Source: Acidimicrobiia bacterium
GTDB taxonomy: Bacteria > Actinomycetota > Acidimicrobiia > Acidimicrobiales > JANYDT01
Direction of reading: 5' to 3'
Length of the DNA stretch: 64,000 nucleotides
Assembly: GCA_031385545.1 (NCBI GenBank)
Contig: JANNBN010000130.1
Span: forward strand, 16,852 to 80,851
A model generated the notes under the pieces. It was given only the letters and a program-made list of their open reading frames with translations, was not told the DNA's origin and did not search any database. This document shows positions 19,191-27,993 of this stretch, piece by piece. Position 1 is the first letter of the stretch, and every line of letters begins with the position of its first letter. Both the position numbers and the translations under genes were made by a program.

Positions 19191-20072
19191 TCACGGTTCT
19201 GTGATGTTTTGTCCTGACATGAGGCGACTCAGTCGTTCCGTGTCGACCACCAGGTCGTACACGTGCTTGCGGCTGGCACCGACCTGTTCGGCCACGATCC
19301 CCGCTGCGTCCTTGAGGGACAACCCGGCTGCACGGAGTCGGGCGACTTCGTCGGTGATCTCCTGGGGTCTTTGCTCGATCGGGTCACCAGCCGCGACCGG
19401 AGGACGGCCCTCGATGACCACCACGAATTCCCCCTGCGGTTCGGCCAGGTTTGCGGCGACTTCGCCCACCGGGCCACGGACCACCTGCTCGAACCGTTTC
19501 GTCAGCTCTCTCGCAACGGCCACCCGACGGTGTGGACCGCACGCTGCGACCAGGCCGTGGAGCAGATCACGGATGCGATGCGGAGCCTCGTACAGCACGA
19601 TCGTGCGTGGTTCCGAGGCGACCGCCTGAATCGCAGTGAGGCGGGCACCGCCCTTGGGCGGCAGGAAGCCCTCGAACACGAAGCGAGCGGTGGGAAGGCC
19701 GCTGATGGCAAGCGCCATCACGAATGCAGCCGGGCCGGGAACAGCGGAGACGGTCAGGCCGGCTTCGATGACCGCAGCCACGACCTTTTCTCCTGGGTCG
19801 CTGATGGCAGGAGTCCCGGCATCGGTGACGAGCGCTATCCGTTCGCCCCGCTCGACCAACGCAACGATGCCCGGCGCAGCCACGCCTTCGTTGTGGTCAT
19901 GAACGGCCAGCAGCCGTTTGCCTGTGATGCCCTTCGCGCTCAGCAGCTTCATGGTGTGGCGGGTGTCCTCGCAGGCGATGGCGTCGACGCTGCGAAGCAC
20001 CTCTTCGGCCCGCGCCGACAGGTCGCCGAGGTTGCCGATCGGTGTTGCAACGAGGATCAGTTCGCCGGCCAT
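19191..20072 (-). CDS. rsmI: 16S rRNA (cytidine1402-2'-O)-methyltransferase
   Basis: 293 aa. LILVATPIGNLGDLSARA...IACEDTRHT signature of RsmI/TP-methylase. Confidence 0.9.
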   Translation of the reverse strand: MAGELILVATPIGNLGDLSARAEEVLRSVDAIACEDTRHTMKLLSAKGITGKRLLAVHDHNEGVAAPGIVALVERGERIALVTDAGTPAISDPGEKVVAAVIEAGLTVSAVPGPAAFVMALAISGLPTARFVFEGFLPPKGGARLTAIQAVASEPRTIVLYEAPHRIRDLLHGLVAACGPHRRVAVARELTKRFEQVVRGPVGEVAANLAEPQGEFVVVIEGRPPVAAGDPIEQRPQEITDEVARLRAAGLSLKDAAGIVAEQVGASRKHVYDLVVDTERLSRLMSGQNITEP

Positions 20073-20395
20073 GGCCCGACCCGGATCCTGCTGCCGCGTA
20101 AGAGATTCCAGTCACCGAATGCTCCACCGGAAGCTTCCAGAACACCGGCTGCACCCGAACGCCAGGCACCCAGGCGATTCGGCACCATCGTCTGTGCGCT
20201 GATGACTATTCCATGACGGTCGACGTGGGCGACATCGATGGTGAACCGCATGCCGAGCGTGTGCACCGAGCGAACCCCCGGGAACCACATCGCACCCTCG
20301 ATGCCATCGCGATGCAGCAGGCCTCGGCGGCGGGTGGCCGGTGTAGCCGCAACGTCGACCACATCCGTGTCGACGCCATCGATCACTAGCCGCAC
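20057..20395 (-). CDS. DUF192-family protein
   Basis: About 112 aa from a GTG at 20395. ATRRRGLLHRDGIEGAMWFPG...HTLGMRFTIDVAHVD...GVLEASGGAF matches the DUF192 pattern. The longer track ORF would overlap ychF. Confidence 0.55.
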   Translation of the reverse strand: MRLVIDGVDTDVVDVAATPATRRRGLLHRDGIEGAMWFPGVRSVHTLGMRFTIDVAHVDRHGIVISAQTMVPNRLGAWRSGAAGVLEASGGAFGDWNLLRGSRIRVGPWPAN

Positions 20396-20408
20396 GGCAC
20401 CGCTCGCC

Positions 20409-21503
20409 TTACTTCGTGACGTTGAACTTGAAATCGACCACATCGCCGTCCTGCATCTCGTATTCCTTGCCTTCGAGACGCAGTTTGCCGACTTCGCGTG
20501 CTTTGGCCAACGAGCCGAGGTCAAGCAGCAGGTCCCACTGGATGGTTTCGACCTTGATGAACCCACGCTGGATATCGGAGTGGATCTCGGCGGCGCATTC
20601 GGGCGCTTTCGCTCCCGCCCGGAACGTCCACGCCCTGGTCTCCTTCTCACCGGTGGTGAGAAAGGTACGACGACCAAGCAGACGATAAGCGGCCTGCATC
20701 AACCGGGGCAGTGCACCTTCGCCGAGACCGAACCCGTCGAGCAGCTCTTTGCGGCCGGCTTCGTCGAGCAGGGCCGCCTCGGCTTCGAGCTGCACACACA
20801 TGCCAAGCACTTCCGCGTGGCCGGCCATCAGTTGATCGACCGGCTTGGTGATGGCGGAGACGTTATCGATGTCGTTATCGCTGACGTTGACGACGCAGAG
20901 CACCGGCTTGTTGGTGAGAAGAAAGAACTCCTTGAGGTTGGCGCGATCGTCTGCGGTGAGAGGCACTCGGTACAGCGGGGTGCCTTCGGCAAGGACGGGC
21001 TGTACCTTTTCCAGCGCTTCAAGCCCGGGGAGCAGCGACTTGTCCTGCTTCGCGGCGCGCTGGCGCTTGTTGATCTGGGTCTCGACAGAGGCAAGGTCGG
21101 CGAGGGCCAGTTCGATCTCGACAACAGCAAGGTGATCGAGCGGGTCCTGCGAGCCGGGCACGTCGTCGCCGGTTGCACCCTTGGCGAAGGCACGGAGGAC
21201 GAACACGATGGCATCGACTTCGCGGATGTTGGCCAGGAATTTGTTGCCAAGGCCTTCACCCTTGCTTGCTCCCTCGACGAGGCCGCCGATATCGACAAAC
21301 TCGCTGGTGGCGTGCACGATCTTCTGGGTCTTCGACATCTCCGACAGCAGCAACAGGCGCTCGTCCGGCACCTTCGCCCGGCCGATGTTGGGCTCTTTGG
21401 TCGCAAATGGGTACGGCGCAGCCAGCGCCCCACCGCCCGCAAGCGCGTTGAACAGCGAGGACTTGCCTGCGTTGGGGAGACCGACGAACCCGAAGCGTTC
21501 CAT
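20409..21503 (-). CDS. ychF: Redox-regulated ATPase YchF
   Basis: 364 aa from the ATG at 21503 (MERFGFVGLPNAGKSSLFNAL). C-terminal TGS-like GKEYEMQDGDVVDFKFNV. Confidence 0.93.
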   Translation of the reverse strand: MERFGFVGLPNAGKSSLFNALAGGGALAAPYPFATKEPNIGRAKVPDERLLLLSEMSKTQKIVHATSEFVDIGGLVEGASKGEGLGNKFLANIREVDAIVFVLRAFAKGATGDDVPGSQDPLDHLAVVEIELALADLASVETQINKRQRAAKQDKSLLPGLEALEKVQPVLAEGTPLYRVPLTADDRANLKEFFLLTNKPVLCVVNVSDNDIDNVSAITKPVDQLMAGHAEVLGMCVQLEAEAALLDEAGRKELLDGFGLGEGALPRLMQAAYRLLGRRTFLTTGEKETRAWTFRAGAKAPECAAEIHSDIQRGFIKVETIQWDLLLDLGSLAKAREVGKLRLEGKEYEMQDGDVVDFKFNVTK

Positions 21504-21569
21504 GAGACCTGAGAGGTTAGCTGCGGGTTCACCAACAACCCTCCGGAATCGGCCGGGTTCCTCGTGTTG

Positions 21570-21575
21570 TAAGGT
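21570..21575 (+). promoter_or_regulatory. Candidate -10 hexamer (TAAGGT) for a near-leaderless bL37 mRNA
   Basis: The hexamer ends 9 nt before the ATG at 21585, the same spacing as at the bS22 gene. Confidence 0.3.
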
Positions 21576-21584
21576 CTTAGCCTT

Positions 21585-21671
21585 ATGTCGAAGCGCACCT
21601 CGAAGAAGCGGACCCGGGCCCGGAAGAAGAAGGCCAACCACGGCACCAAGCCGAACTGTGGTCGCGGCTGA
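21585..21671 (+). CDS. 50S ribosomal protein bL37-like micro-protein
   Basis: 28-aa ORF below the track cutoff: MSKRTSKKRTRARKKKANHGTKPNCGRG. The basic N-part plus the ANHGxKPN core resemble mycobacterial bL37 as I recall it (..KANHGKRPNA). Confidence 0.65.
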   Translation: MSKRTSKKRTRARKKKANHGTKPNCGRG

Positions 21672-21821
21672 CCCAGCCACTTCTGCCGAGACACTCCGTC
21701 TCGGGCCCCAGACACAGACGATTGAGACCACGAGACCGGCACTCCCGGTCTCGTTGCGCGTCCGGTCTCGTTGCGCACCCGTCGACGTTCCCGGTTCACG
21801 TCCAGCGCAACATCACAGCAT

Positions 21822-21899
21822 CCAACGTTGCGCTCACAGCAACCAACGTTGCAAAAACCGGCTCAGATTCTCGCCGAATTCGCACCGTTGGTTGCTGAG
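21822..21899. repeat. Three copies of the dispersed CCAACGTTG(G/C) / GGTTGCTGAG element
   Basis: CCAACGTTGC at 21822-21831 and 21843-21852 (the latter as AGCAACCAACGTTGC). CACCGTTGGTTGCTGAG at 21883-21899 leads directly into the tandem array. Confidence 0.8.
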
Positions 21900-22026
21900 G
21901 CGGGCAGGTTGGTTGCTGAGGCGGGCAGGTTGGTTGCTGAGGCGGGCAGGTTGGTTGCTGAGGCGGGCAGGTTGGTTGCTGAGGCGGGCAGGTTGGTTGC
22001 GGAAATGGGTTGGGTTGGTTGCTGAG
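21900..22026. repeat. 21-nt tandem array GCGGGCAGGTTGGTTGCTGAG: four perfect units, a truncated fifth and a degenerate tail
   Basis: Perfect units at 21900-21920, 21921-21941, 21942-21962 and 21963-21983. Truncated unit from 21984. The tail ...gggttgggttggttgctgag ends at 22026. There are no unique spacers. The array ends 24 nt before the GTG start at 22050. Confidence 0.9.
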
Positions 22027-22049
22027 ATCGGCACGGCTAGGTTCCCCGG

Positions 22050-22700
22050 GTGAGCGCGATCCTGTTCCTGACCGTGGCCGACGATCCGCAGACATGGGCC
22101 GCCCTCGGTTTCACGCTGGACGGAGCGACTGCCCGGTTGGGGTCCACCGCAATCACCCTCACCGGCGCCGACCCTGGAGCGAAAGGCGTGACCGGATGGA
22201 ACCTTGCCGACGACAGCCCTCTGCCTGCGTCGATCGAAGGGCTTCGAACGACCGCAACCCCGGGCCTGACCCCCGCACCTCCGGCACCCGTTCACCCCAA
22301 CGGCATCAGCGCAATCGACCACCTCGTGGTCATGACGCCGAACCTCTCCCGCACGGTCGCTGCGTTCGAGGATCTCGGCTGGGAGTGTCGCCGAACCCGC
22401 GCGGCTGCAGCGTACGGACAGCAGAACATGCGCCAGGCGTTCTTCTGGTTCGGCGACGTCATCGTCGAGGTGGTCGGACCGGAGACACCCGATCCCGCCA
22501 AGGCCGATCGTCCCGCATCGTTCTTCGGGTTGGCCCTGACCGCCACGGACCTCGACGCCACGGCAGCGTTCTTCGGGGATCTCATGAAACCGCCCATCGA
22601 CGCGGTGCAGACGGGTCGCCGCATCAGCACCATCTCATCTCGGGCAGGTTCAAGCGTTGCGATCGCAGTCATGAGCGCGCACCTGAAGGAATCACCATGA
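22050..22700 (+). CDS. Glyoxalase/VOC-like domain protein
   Basis: 216 aa, GTG start. ISAIDHLVVMTPNLSRTVAAFEDLGWE...FFWFGDVIVEVVGP resembles the Glyoxalase_3-type fold. ATGA overlap with the next gene. Confidence 0.5.
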   Translation: MSAILFLTVADDPQTWAALGFTLDGATARLGSTAITLTGADPGAKGVTGWNLADDSPLPASIEGLRTTATPGLTPAPPAPVHPNGISAIDHLVVMTPNLSRTVAAFEDLGWECRRTRAAAAYGQQNMRQAFFWFGDVIVEVVGPETPDPAKADRPASFFGLALTATDLDATAAFFGDLMKPPIDAVQTGRRISTISSRAGSSVAIAVMSAHLKESP

Positions 22701-23563
22701 CTGACGTATCGCCAATCCTGTCCAACCCGTCCAACCTGTCCAGCCCGGCCAGCCCGGCCAGCCCGGCGTTGTCGACCAGCGACGACATCGTGCTCATCGA
22801 TATCGCTGCCGGCATCGGTACCGTGACGCTCAACCGGCCGAAGGCACGCAACGCACTCAGCAGCGCACTGAGCGGGCGGCTCCGTTCCGCCATGGCCGAA
22901 GTCGACGCCGACGAGGAGGTGCAGGTCATCGTGCTCACGGGCGCGGACCCTGCCTTCTGCGCCGGGGTCGACCTGAAGGAACTGGGCCACGACGGCGGCG
23001 CCCTAAAGAATTTCCATCCGGACGGCCACGTTGCGGTACGCGGCCCGTGGGCACCGACCGCTAAACCTGTCATCGGCGCTATCAACGGTGTCGCAATCAC
23101 GGGCGGCTTCGAACTCGCGCTGCAGTGCGACTTCCTCGTGGCATCTGACCGCGCAGCATTCGGCGACACCCACGCTCGCGTCGGGGTGCTGCCAGGCTGG
23201 GGACTGTCGGTCCTGCTCCCCCAGGCAATCGGTGTCCGTCGTGCCCTTGAGATGAGCCTCACCGGCAACTTCATCGATGCCGCCGAAGCGCATAGGCTGG
23301 GTCTGGTCAACCACATCGTTGCGCACGAGTCGCTTATCCCAACCGTACGCGCGCTTGCAACTGACATCGCATCGATCCACTCGCGGGCAGTGTCCACCTA
23401 CTTGGCCAGCTATCGGGCGATCCACCACATGACCGTCGGCGACGGCCTGCAGCACGAGGCCGAGGTGAACCGTGACTACCTGGCAACGTTCACACCAGCA
23501 GAGTTCGAGACACGCCGCACGTCGATCGTGGCGCGCGGCCGGGATCAGAAACCGGCCGACTGA
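22697..23563 (+). CDS. Enoyl-CoA hydratase/isomerase family protein
   Basis: 288 aa from the ATG at 22697. GIGTVTLNRPKARNAL, VIVLTGADPAFCAGVDL, GINGVAITGGFELALQCDF. The N-terminal 25 aa is encoded by a 9-nt tandem repeat. Confidence 0.85.
   Translation: MTDVSPILSNPSNLSSPASPASPALSTSDDIVLIDIAAGIGTVTLNRPKARNALSSALSGRLRSAMAEVDADEEVQVIVLTGADPAFCAGVDLKELGHDGGALKNFHPDGHVAVRGPWAPTAKPVIGAINGVAITGGFELALQCDFLVASDRAAFGDTHARVGVLPGWGLSVLLPQAIGVRRALEMSLTGNFIDAAEAHRLGLVNHIVAHESLIPTVRALATDIASIHSRAVSTYLASYRAIHHMTVGDGLQHEAEVNRDYLATFTPAEFETRRTSIVARGRDQKPAD
22717..22768. repeat. 9-nt tandem repeat (about 6 units) in codons 8-24 of the enoyl-CoA hydratase
   Basis: cctgtccaa cccgtccaa cctgtccag cccggccag cccggccag cccggcg. 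Encodes LSNPSNLSSPASPASPA. Confidence 0.85.
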
Positions 23564-23597
23564 CAACCATTCAGCGAGCGGCGCCACGGCATAGGAG

Positions 23598-24608
23598 TTA
23601 GCGGTACTGCCCCACCAGATCCGCCAGCGTTGAGGACGGGCGGGCTCCGAGCCGGCTGATGACTTCCCCGGCAGCGAGGCTGCCCAACTGTGCACACGTA
23701 CGCAGCGCCATGCCCGAGCAGTAACCGTGGAGGAACCCACCGGCGTAGGCGTCGCCCGCACCGGTGGTATCGATGACCGAGGGAGACACGGTCAGCGGCG
23801 CGTATTCGATCTGACCGTCGTGCACGACGACCGAGCCGCGCTCGCCCAACGTGATGGCCGCGATCTCACAGCGTTCGCCGATGGCGAGAAGTGCGCGGTC
23901 AAGATCGTCGATTCCCAGCAACGACTCAAGCTCCGCCTCGTTGCCGAACACGATGTCGACGTCGTCGGTGAGCAGGTCAAGCCACTCGTGTCGGAAGCGG
24001 TCCACGCAGAACGGGTCGGCAAGTGACAGCGAGAACCGTTGTCCCGCCTGATGCACGATGTCGATCGCGTGGTGCAGACCGTCGCGGGCCAGCAATTCGT
24101 CCCACAGGTATCCCTCGACGTATGTGACCTGCGCACCCGACAGCAGGTCGATGTCCATGTCGGGGATACGCAGCCCTCGCGCCGCACCGAGATACGTAGC
24201 CATGGTGCGCTGCGCGTCGTGGGTGACGTTGATCATTGAACGGCCGGTGGGCGGACCATCGGGTCGGGAGCGAGGCGTGGTGTACGTGACGCCGACGGAA
24301 TGGATGTCGTTCACGAATGCGTCGCCGAGCGGATCGACGTTGACTTTGCCGATGAACGCCGAACGGGTGCCGAGCATCGCCGAGACGACAGCGGTGTTGG
24401 CAGCCGACCCGCCGGAGATCTGCGTGAGCGCCTCGCCTCGTTCGAAGGCCCGTTCGGCCATCCCGCCATAGATCGCGACGCCCTGGTCGGCTTCGACGAG
24501 CTGCATCACACCCTTGGCAAGGCCGTGCGAAGCAATGAACGCATCGTCTGAGTGACCGAGCACATCGACGATTGCATGGCCGATGGTCACAAGCTGTGGC
24601 TGACTCAC
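23598..24608 (-). CDS. PfkB-family carbohydrate/nucleoside kinase (adenosine-kinase-like)
   Basis: 336 aa. GGSAANTA and DTTGAGDAYAGGFL motifs. Confidence 0.8.
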   Translation of the reverse strand: MSQPQLVTIGHAIVDVLGHSDDAFIASHGLAKGVMQLVEADQGVAIYGGMAERAFERGEALTQISGGSAANTAVVSAMLGTRSAFIGKVNVDPLGDAFVNDIHSVGVTYTTPRSRPDGPPTGRSMINVTHDAQRTMATYLGAARGLRIPDMDIDLLSGAQVTYVEGYLWDELLARDGLHHAIDIVHQAGQRFSLSLADPFCVDRFRHEWLDLLTDDVDIVFGNEAELESLLGIDDLDRALLAIGERCEIAAITLGERGSVVVHDGQIEYAPLTVSPSVIDTTGAGDAYAGGFLHGYCSGMALRTCAQLGSLAAGEVISRLGARPSSTLADLVGQYR

Positions 24609-24639
24609 AGTTTGGAAACTGTAGTGGTGCCAGACTTCC

Positions 24640-27225
24640 TTGATGCATACCGGGAATCAGCCCACCGACCAGCCAGCCGATCAACCGTCGGTGAACCCAC
24701 ATCGGCTTCCGCGGACGGTGACCCCTTCCCGCTACGACCTCACGCTCTCGCCCGACCTTGCTTCGCGCTCGTTCGTGGGGCGCGCCACGGTCACCCTCAC
24801 CGTCCACCAGCCTCTCGCGCAGCTGGTCTGCAACGGCTCGGAGATCACCGTTCATCAGGCTTGGGCCGTCGATTCGACCGGCACCCGCACAAACGCACTC
24901 GCCATCCAGCACGACGAGGAATCGGAACGGGTCTCGCTCGACTTCGAACGCACCATCCCTGCGGGCCAGGTGGCGCTCACCATGGAGTACGAGGGAACAC
25001 TGAACGACAAGTTGGCCGGCTTCTACGCGTCGACTTACACCGACGACGCAGGCGTCCTACACACCATCGCAACCACGCAACTGCAATCCACCGACGCGCG
25101 CAAGGCGTTCCCGTGCTGGGACGAACCCGATTTCAAAGCCGTGTTCTCGGTCACCCTCGTTGTCGCGCCTGACCTGACCGCCATTGCGAACGAGCCGGTG
25201 AGGCACGAAGCGGTGATGGCCTCCGGCAAACGGGCAATCACGTTCGAAGACACCATGGTCATGAGCACCTACCTGCTGTGTTTCGTGGTCGGTGAACTCG
25301 AGATGACCGACACGCTCGACGTCGACGGCGTTCCGTTACGTGTCGTGCACCGGCCAGGGATGGCACACCTCACGGCGTTCGCTCTGGAAATCGGCGCGTT
25401 CGCACTCCGATATTTCCGCGACTACTACGGGATTGCATACCCCGGCCGCAAGATGGACCTGATTGCGCTTCCGGACTTCGCTGCGGGAGCGATGGAAAAC
25501 CTCGGAGCCGTGACGTTCCGCGAAATGTTGCTGTTGGTCGACCCTGCGCAGGCATCGCATACCGAACTGGAGCGCATCGCTGACGTGGTTGCCCACGAGA
25601 TAGCCCACATGTGGTTCGGCGACCTTGTCACCATGTCGTGGTGGAACGGCATCTGGCTGAATGAAGCGTTCGCCACATACGCCGAAATTGCGTGCGTCGC
25701 AGCATTCCGGCCTGAGTGGGACCGGTGGACTTCGTTCGGGGTGTACCGATCTGCAGCTATGCAGGTCGACGCGCTGCACAGCACTCGGCCGATCGAGTTC
25801 CCGGTGAACTCGCCGACCGACGCGGAAGGCATGTTTGATCTGCTCACTTATGAAAAGGGTGCGTCGATCCTGCGGCAGCTGGAGCAGTACCTGGGGGAGG
25901 ACGTGTTCCGCGCCGGTGTCCGCCGGTACCTCACCGAGCACTCCTACGGAAACTCCGAAACGATCGATCTGTTCGATGCGCTTGAAGCCGTGAGCAACGA
26001 ACCAGTGGCCAAGATGATGAACGGCTGGATCTTTACGGGTGGCTTCCCGCTGATCTCAGCCACCGCCTCGCCGGGTGGAGCAACGCTCACCCAACAGCCG
26101 TTCACGTATCTACCGAACGGGCCGGCCACCACGTGGCTGGTGCCTGTGCTGTGGCGCACCGCTGGCACGGCTGGCGCCGCTGCCGATTCCTCAGGGAAGA
26201 CCCTGCTCAGCCCGGAATCCGGCCTCGCGGAGGTGGCTGGCGGCGATGCGCCGATCGTGGTCAACGCCGGTGGTCACGGGTTCTACCGGGTCCGCTACGA
26301 CGACGTGCTGGCTGCTCGCATTCGCTCCTCGTTCGCGTCGCTCCCGCCTATCGAGCGGTTCGGGATCGTCAACGACGCCTGGGCGTCTGTCCTGGCTGGC
26401 ACCAGCGGCACCGAATCGTTCCTCGCGCTGGTTCGCTCGCTGGGCACGGAACGCGACCCCAATGTGTGGACTGCAGCGATCGCTGGACTGGGGTCGCTCA
26501 GCCAGATCGCCGACGACGTTGGTCAGCCCAAGCTGCAACTGCTCGTGCAGCAGGTCTGTGGGCCGGTGCTCGCGCAGCTCGGATGGGAGCCACTCGCGGG
26601 AGAAACGGCCCGACAAGGGCAGTTGCGCGGCATGATGATCGCTGCGATGGGCGCAACGGGCGCGGACCCCGAAACTCGCACGCAAAGCGCGGCGCTGGTG
26701 GATCGTGCGATCGAGGGCGACCTCGCCCCGGACGTTGCAGCCGCGCTCATCAACGTGGCAGCACGCGAAGGCGATGCATCACTCTGGGAGCGCTATGACC
26801 GCTTGCGCCGAACTGGCAGCCCGATCGAGGCGATCCGGTACCTCCGGGCGCTTGTGGGATTCGAAGATCCTTCGCTGCGCAGCCGCACCATCGAGCTGGC
26901 CTTCAGCGGCGACGTGCGTTCGCAGGACTCCCCGTACATGCTCATCCCGATGCTTGCCGATCGTGTCAACGGGCCGTCGGCCTGGGCTGCGCTCAGGGAC
27001 CGCTGGGAGCCGTACACCGCGACACTTCCGACCAATGCCGTCGGACGCATCCTCGACGGCATCGTGCAGCGCACCGAGGCCGGGTTGGCAGATGAGATCA
27101 CGGCGTTCTTCGCGGCGCACCCGATTCCCCAGGCAGCCAAACAGGTGCAGCAGAAGTTGGAACTGCTGCGCGTTCACCAGGGCTTGCGAGACCGGGAGGG
27201 TGCTCGCCTCGCCAGTCTGCTCTGA
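24640..27225 (+). CDS. pepN: Aminopeptidase N (M1 family)
   Basis: 861 aa. GAMENLG exopeptidase motif and HEIAHMWFGDLVTMSWWNGIWLNEAF zinc motif. Confidence 0.93.
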   Translation: MMHTGNQPTDQPADQPSVNPHRLPRTVTPSRYDLTLSPDLASRSFVGRATVTLTVHQPLAQLVCNGSEITVHQAWAVDSTGTRTNALAIQHDEESERVSLDFERTIPAGQVALTMEYEGTLNDKLAGFYASTYTDDAGVLHTIATTQLQSTDARKAFPCWDEPDFKAVFSVTLVVAPDLTAIANEPVRHEAVMASGKRAITFEDTMVMSTYLLCFVVGELEMTDTLDVDGVPLRVVHRPGMAHLTAFALEIGAFALRYFRDYYGIAYPGRKMDLIALPDFAAGAMENLGAVTFREMLLLVDPAQASHTELERIADVVAHEIAHMWFGDLVTMSWWNGIWLNEAFATYAEIACVAAFRPEWDRWTSFGVYRSAAMQVDALHSTRPIEFPVNSPTDAEGMFDLLTYEKGASILRQLEQYLGEDVFRAGVRRYLTEHSYGNSETIDLFDALEAVSNEPVAKMMNGWIFTGGFPLISATASPGGATLTQQPFTYLPNGPATTWLVPVLWRTAGTAGAAADSSGKTLLSPESGLAEVAGGDAPIVVNAGGHGFYRVRYDDVLAARIRSSFASLPPIERFGIVNDAWASVLAGTSGTESFLALVRSLGTERDPNVWTAAIAGLGSLSQIADDVGQPKLQLLVQQVCGPVLAQLGWEPLAGETARQGQLRGMMIAAMGATGADPETRTQSAALVDRAIEGDLAPDVAAALINVAAREGDASLWERYDRLRRTGSPIEAIRYLRALVGFEDPSLRSRTIELAFSGDVRSQDSPYMLIPMLADRVNGPSAWAALRDRWEPYTATLPTNAVGRILDGIVQRTEAGLADEITAFFAAHPIPQAAKQVQQKLELLRVHQGLRDREGARLASLL

Positions 27226-27259
27226 GCGAGCTGCAAGAAGAGTGGCTTGAAGCACCTGA

Positions 27260-27286
27260 GCGACGGATGATGCTCGCATCCATCGC
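27260..27286. terminator. Hairpin in the convergent pepN/cyclase intergenic region
   Basis: GCGACGGATG-atgctcg-CATCCATCGC: 10-bp stem with one mismatch and a 7-nt loop. No U-tract. Confidence 0.4.
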
Positions 27287-27323
27287 AACGCCCCGGTGGG
27301 TCGGACAATCGGTTGACGCCGCG

Positions 27324-27854
27324 TCAGGCGCTGACTGCGTCGGGAGGGGTGGAGAGGGCGGCCACCGACACCGCCGAGGTAACGCCGCGCACATCGAGGT
27401 CGCCCATCCAGCGGGTTGAGACCCAGTCCGGTGCAGCCTGAGCCACCACATCGGTGACCAACACTTCCCCTGGCGAGGCCTCGTTGCACAGACGGCTGGC
27501 CAGGTTGACGGGCATGCCGATGTAATCATCGCCTTCGAAGAGGATGACCAGCCCGCTCGCTATTCCACCGCGCAGCGGGAGGGGAAAATCGATCTCCTGC
27601 AGCTCGTGCTCGATGGCAAGTACGGCACGGACAAGCGGGCCGGACTCGACGGAGATGATCATCGCCCCGTCACCGAGCCACTTGTCGATGCGTACGCCCA
27701 TGCGGCTGGCAACGCGCCGCACAACCGTCCTGAAGTCCGCCAGCGCGTTGACCGCAGCAGCATCGCCGCGCTGGTCGGTGTAGGCCGTAAATCGGCTGAT
27801 GTCGATGAACGCGAACGTGCGCTCAACGCGGGTGACGTGTTTCGCCGACATCAT
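27324..27854 (-). CDS. Class III adenylate/guanylate cyclase catalytic-domain protein (single domain)
   Basis: About 176 aa from the ATG at 27854 (MMSAKHVTRVERTFAFIDISRFTAYTD...KWLGDGAMII). The track start at 27935 is a TTG inside a tandem repeat, so I trimmed it. Start uncertain. Confidence 0.7.
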   Translation of the reverse strand: MMSAKHVTRVERTFAFIDISRFTAYTDQRGDAAAVNALADFRTVVRRVASRMGVRIDKWLGDGAMIISVESGPLVRAVLAIEHELQEIDFPLPLRGGIASGLVILFEGDDYIGMPVNLASRLCNEASPGEVLVTDVVAQAAPDWVSTRWMGDLDVRGVTSAVSVAALSTPPDAVSA

Positions 27855-27930
27855 GTGACAAATGTAACACTGGAGCGCGAGCTGCGTGGCTGAATTGTAA
27901 CGAGCATCATCTTCATTCCGTACCGACTCG

Positions 27931-27978
27931 GGCAATCAGACCGGCAATCCGACCGGCAATCAGACCGGCAATCCGACC
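27931..27978. repeat. 12-nt tandem repeat GGCAATC(A/C)GACC x4 (equivalently 24 nt x2), intergenic
   Basis: Units at 27931-27942, 27943-27954, 27955-27966 and 27967-27978. Lies between the ABC exporter stop and the cyclase start region. Confidence 0.85.
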
Positions 27979-27993
27979 GGCTGGCGGGCCGGA

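Noticed and set aside
21900-22026. Possible CRISPR array (regular 21-nt repeats).
   Set aside because: The units are head-to-tail with no unique spacers, the unit is shorter than CRISPR repeats, and no cas genes are nearby. It is a simple tandem repeat.
21771-22095. Repeat-peptide ORFs across the array: (AGRLVAE)n on the plus strand and (PTCPPQQ)n on the minus strand.
   Set aside because: They are open only because the 21-nt unit is 7 codons long. Frames on both strands are open at once. The minus ORF overlaps the 22050 gene start. There is no start context.
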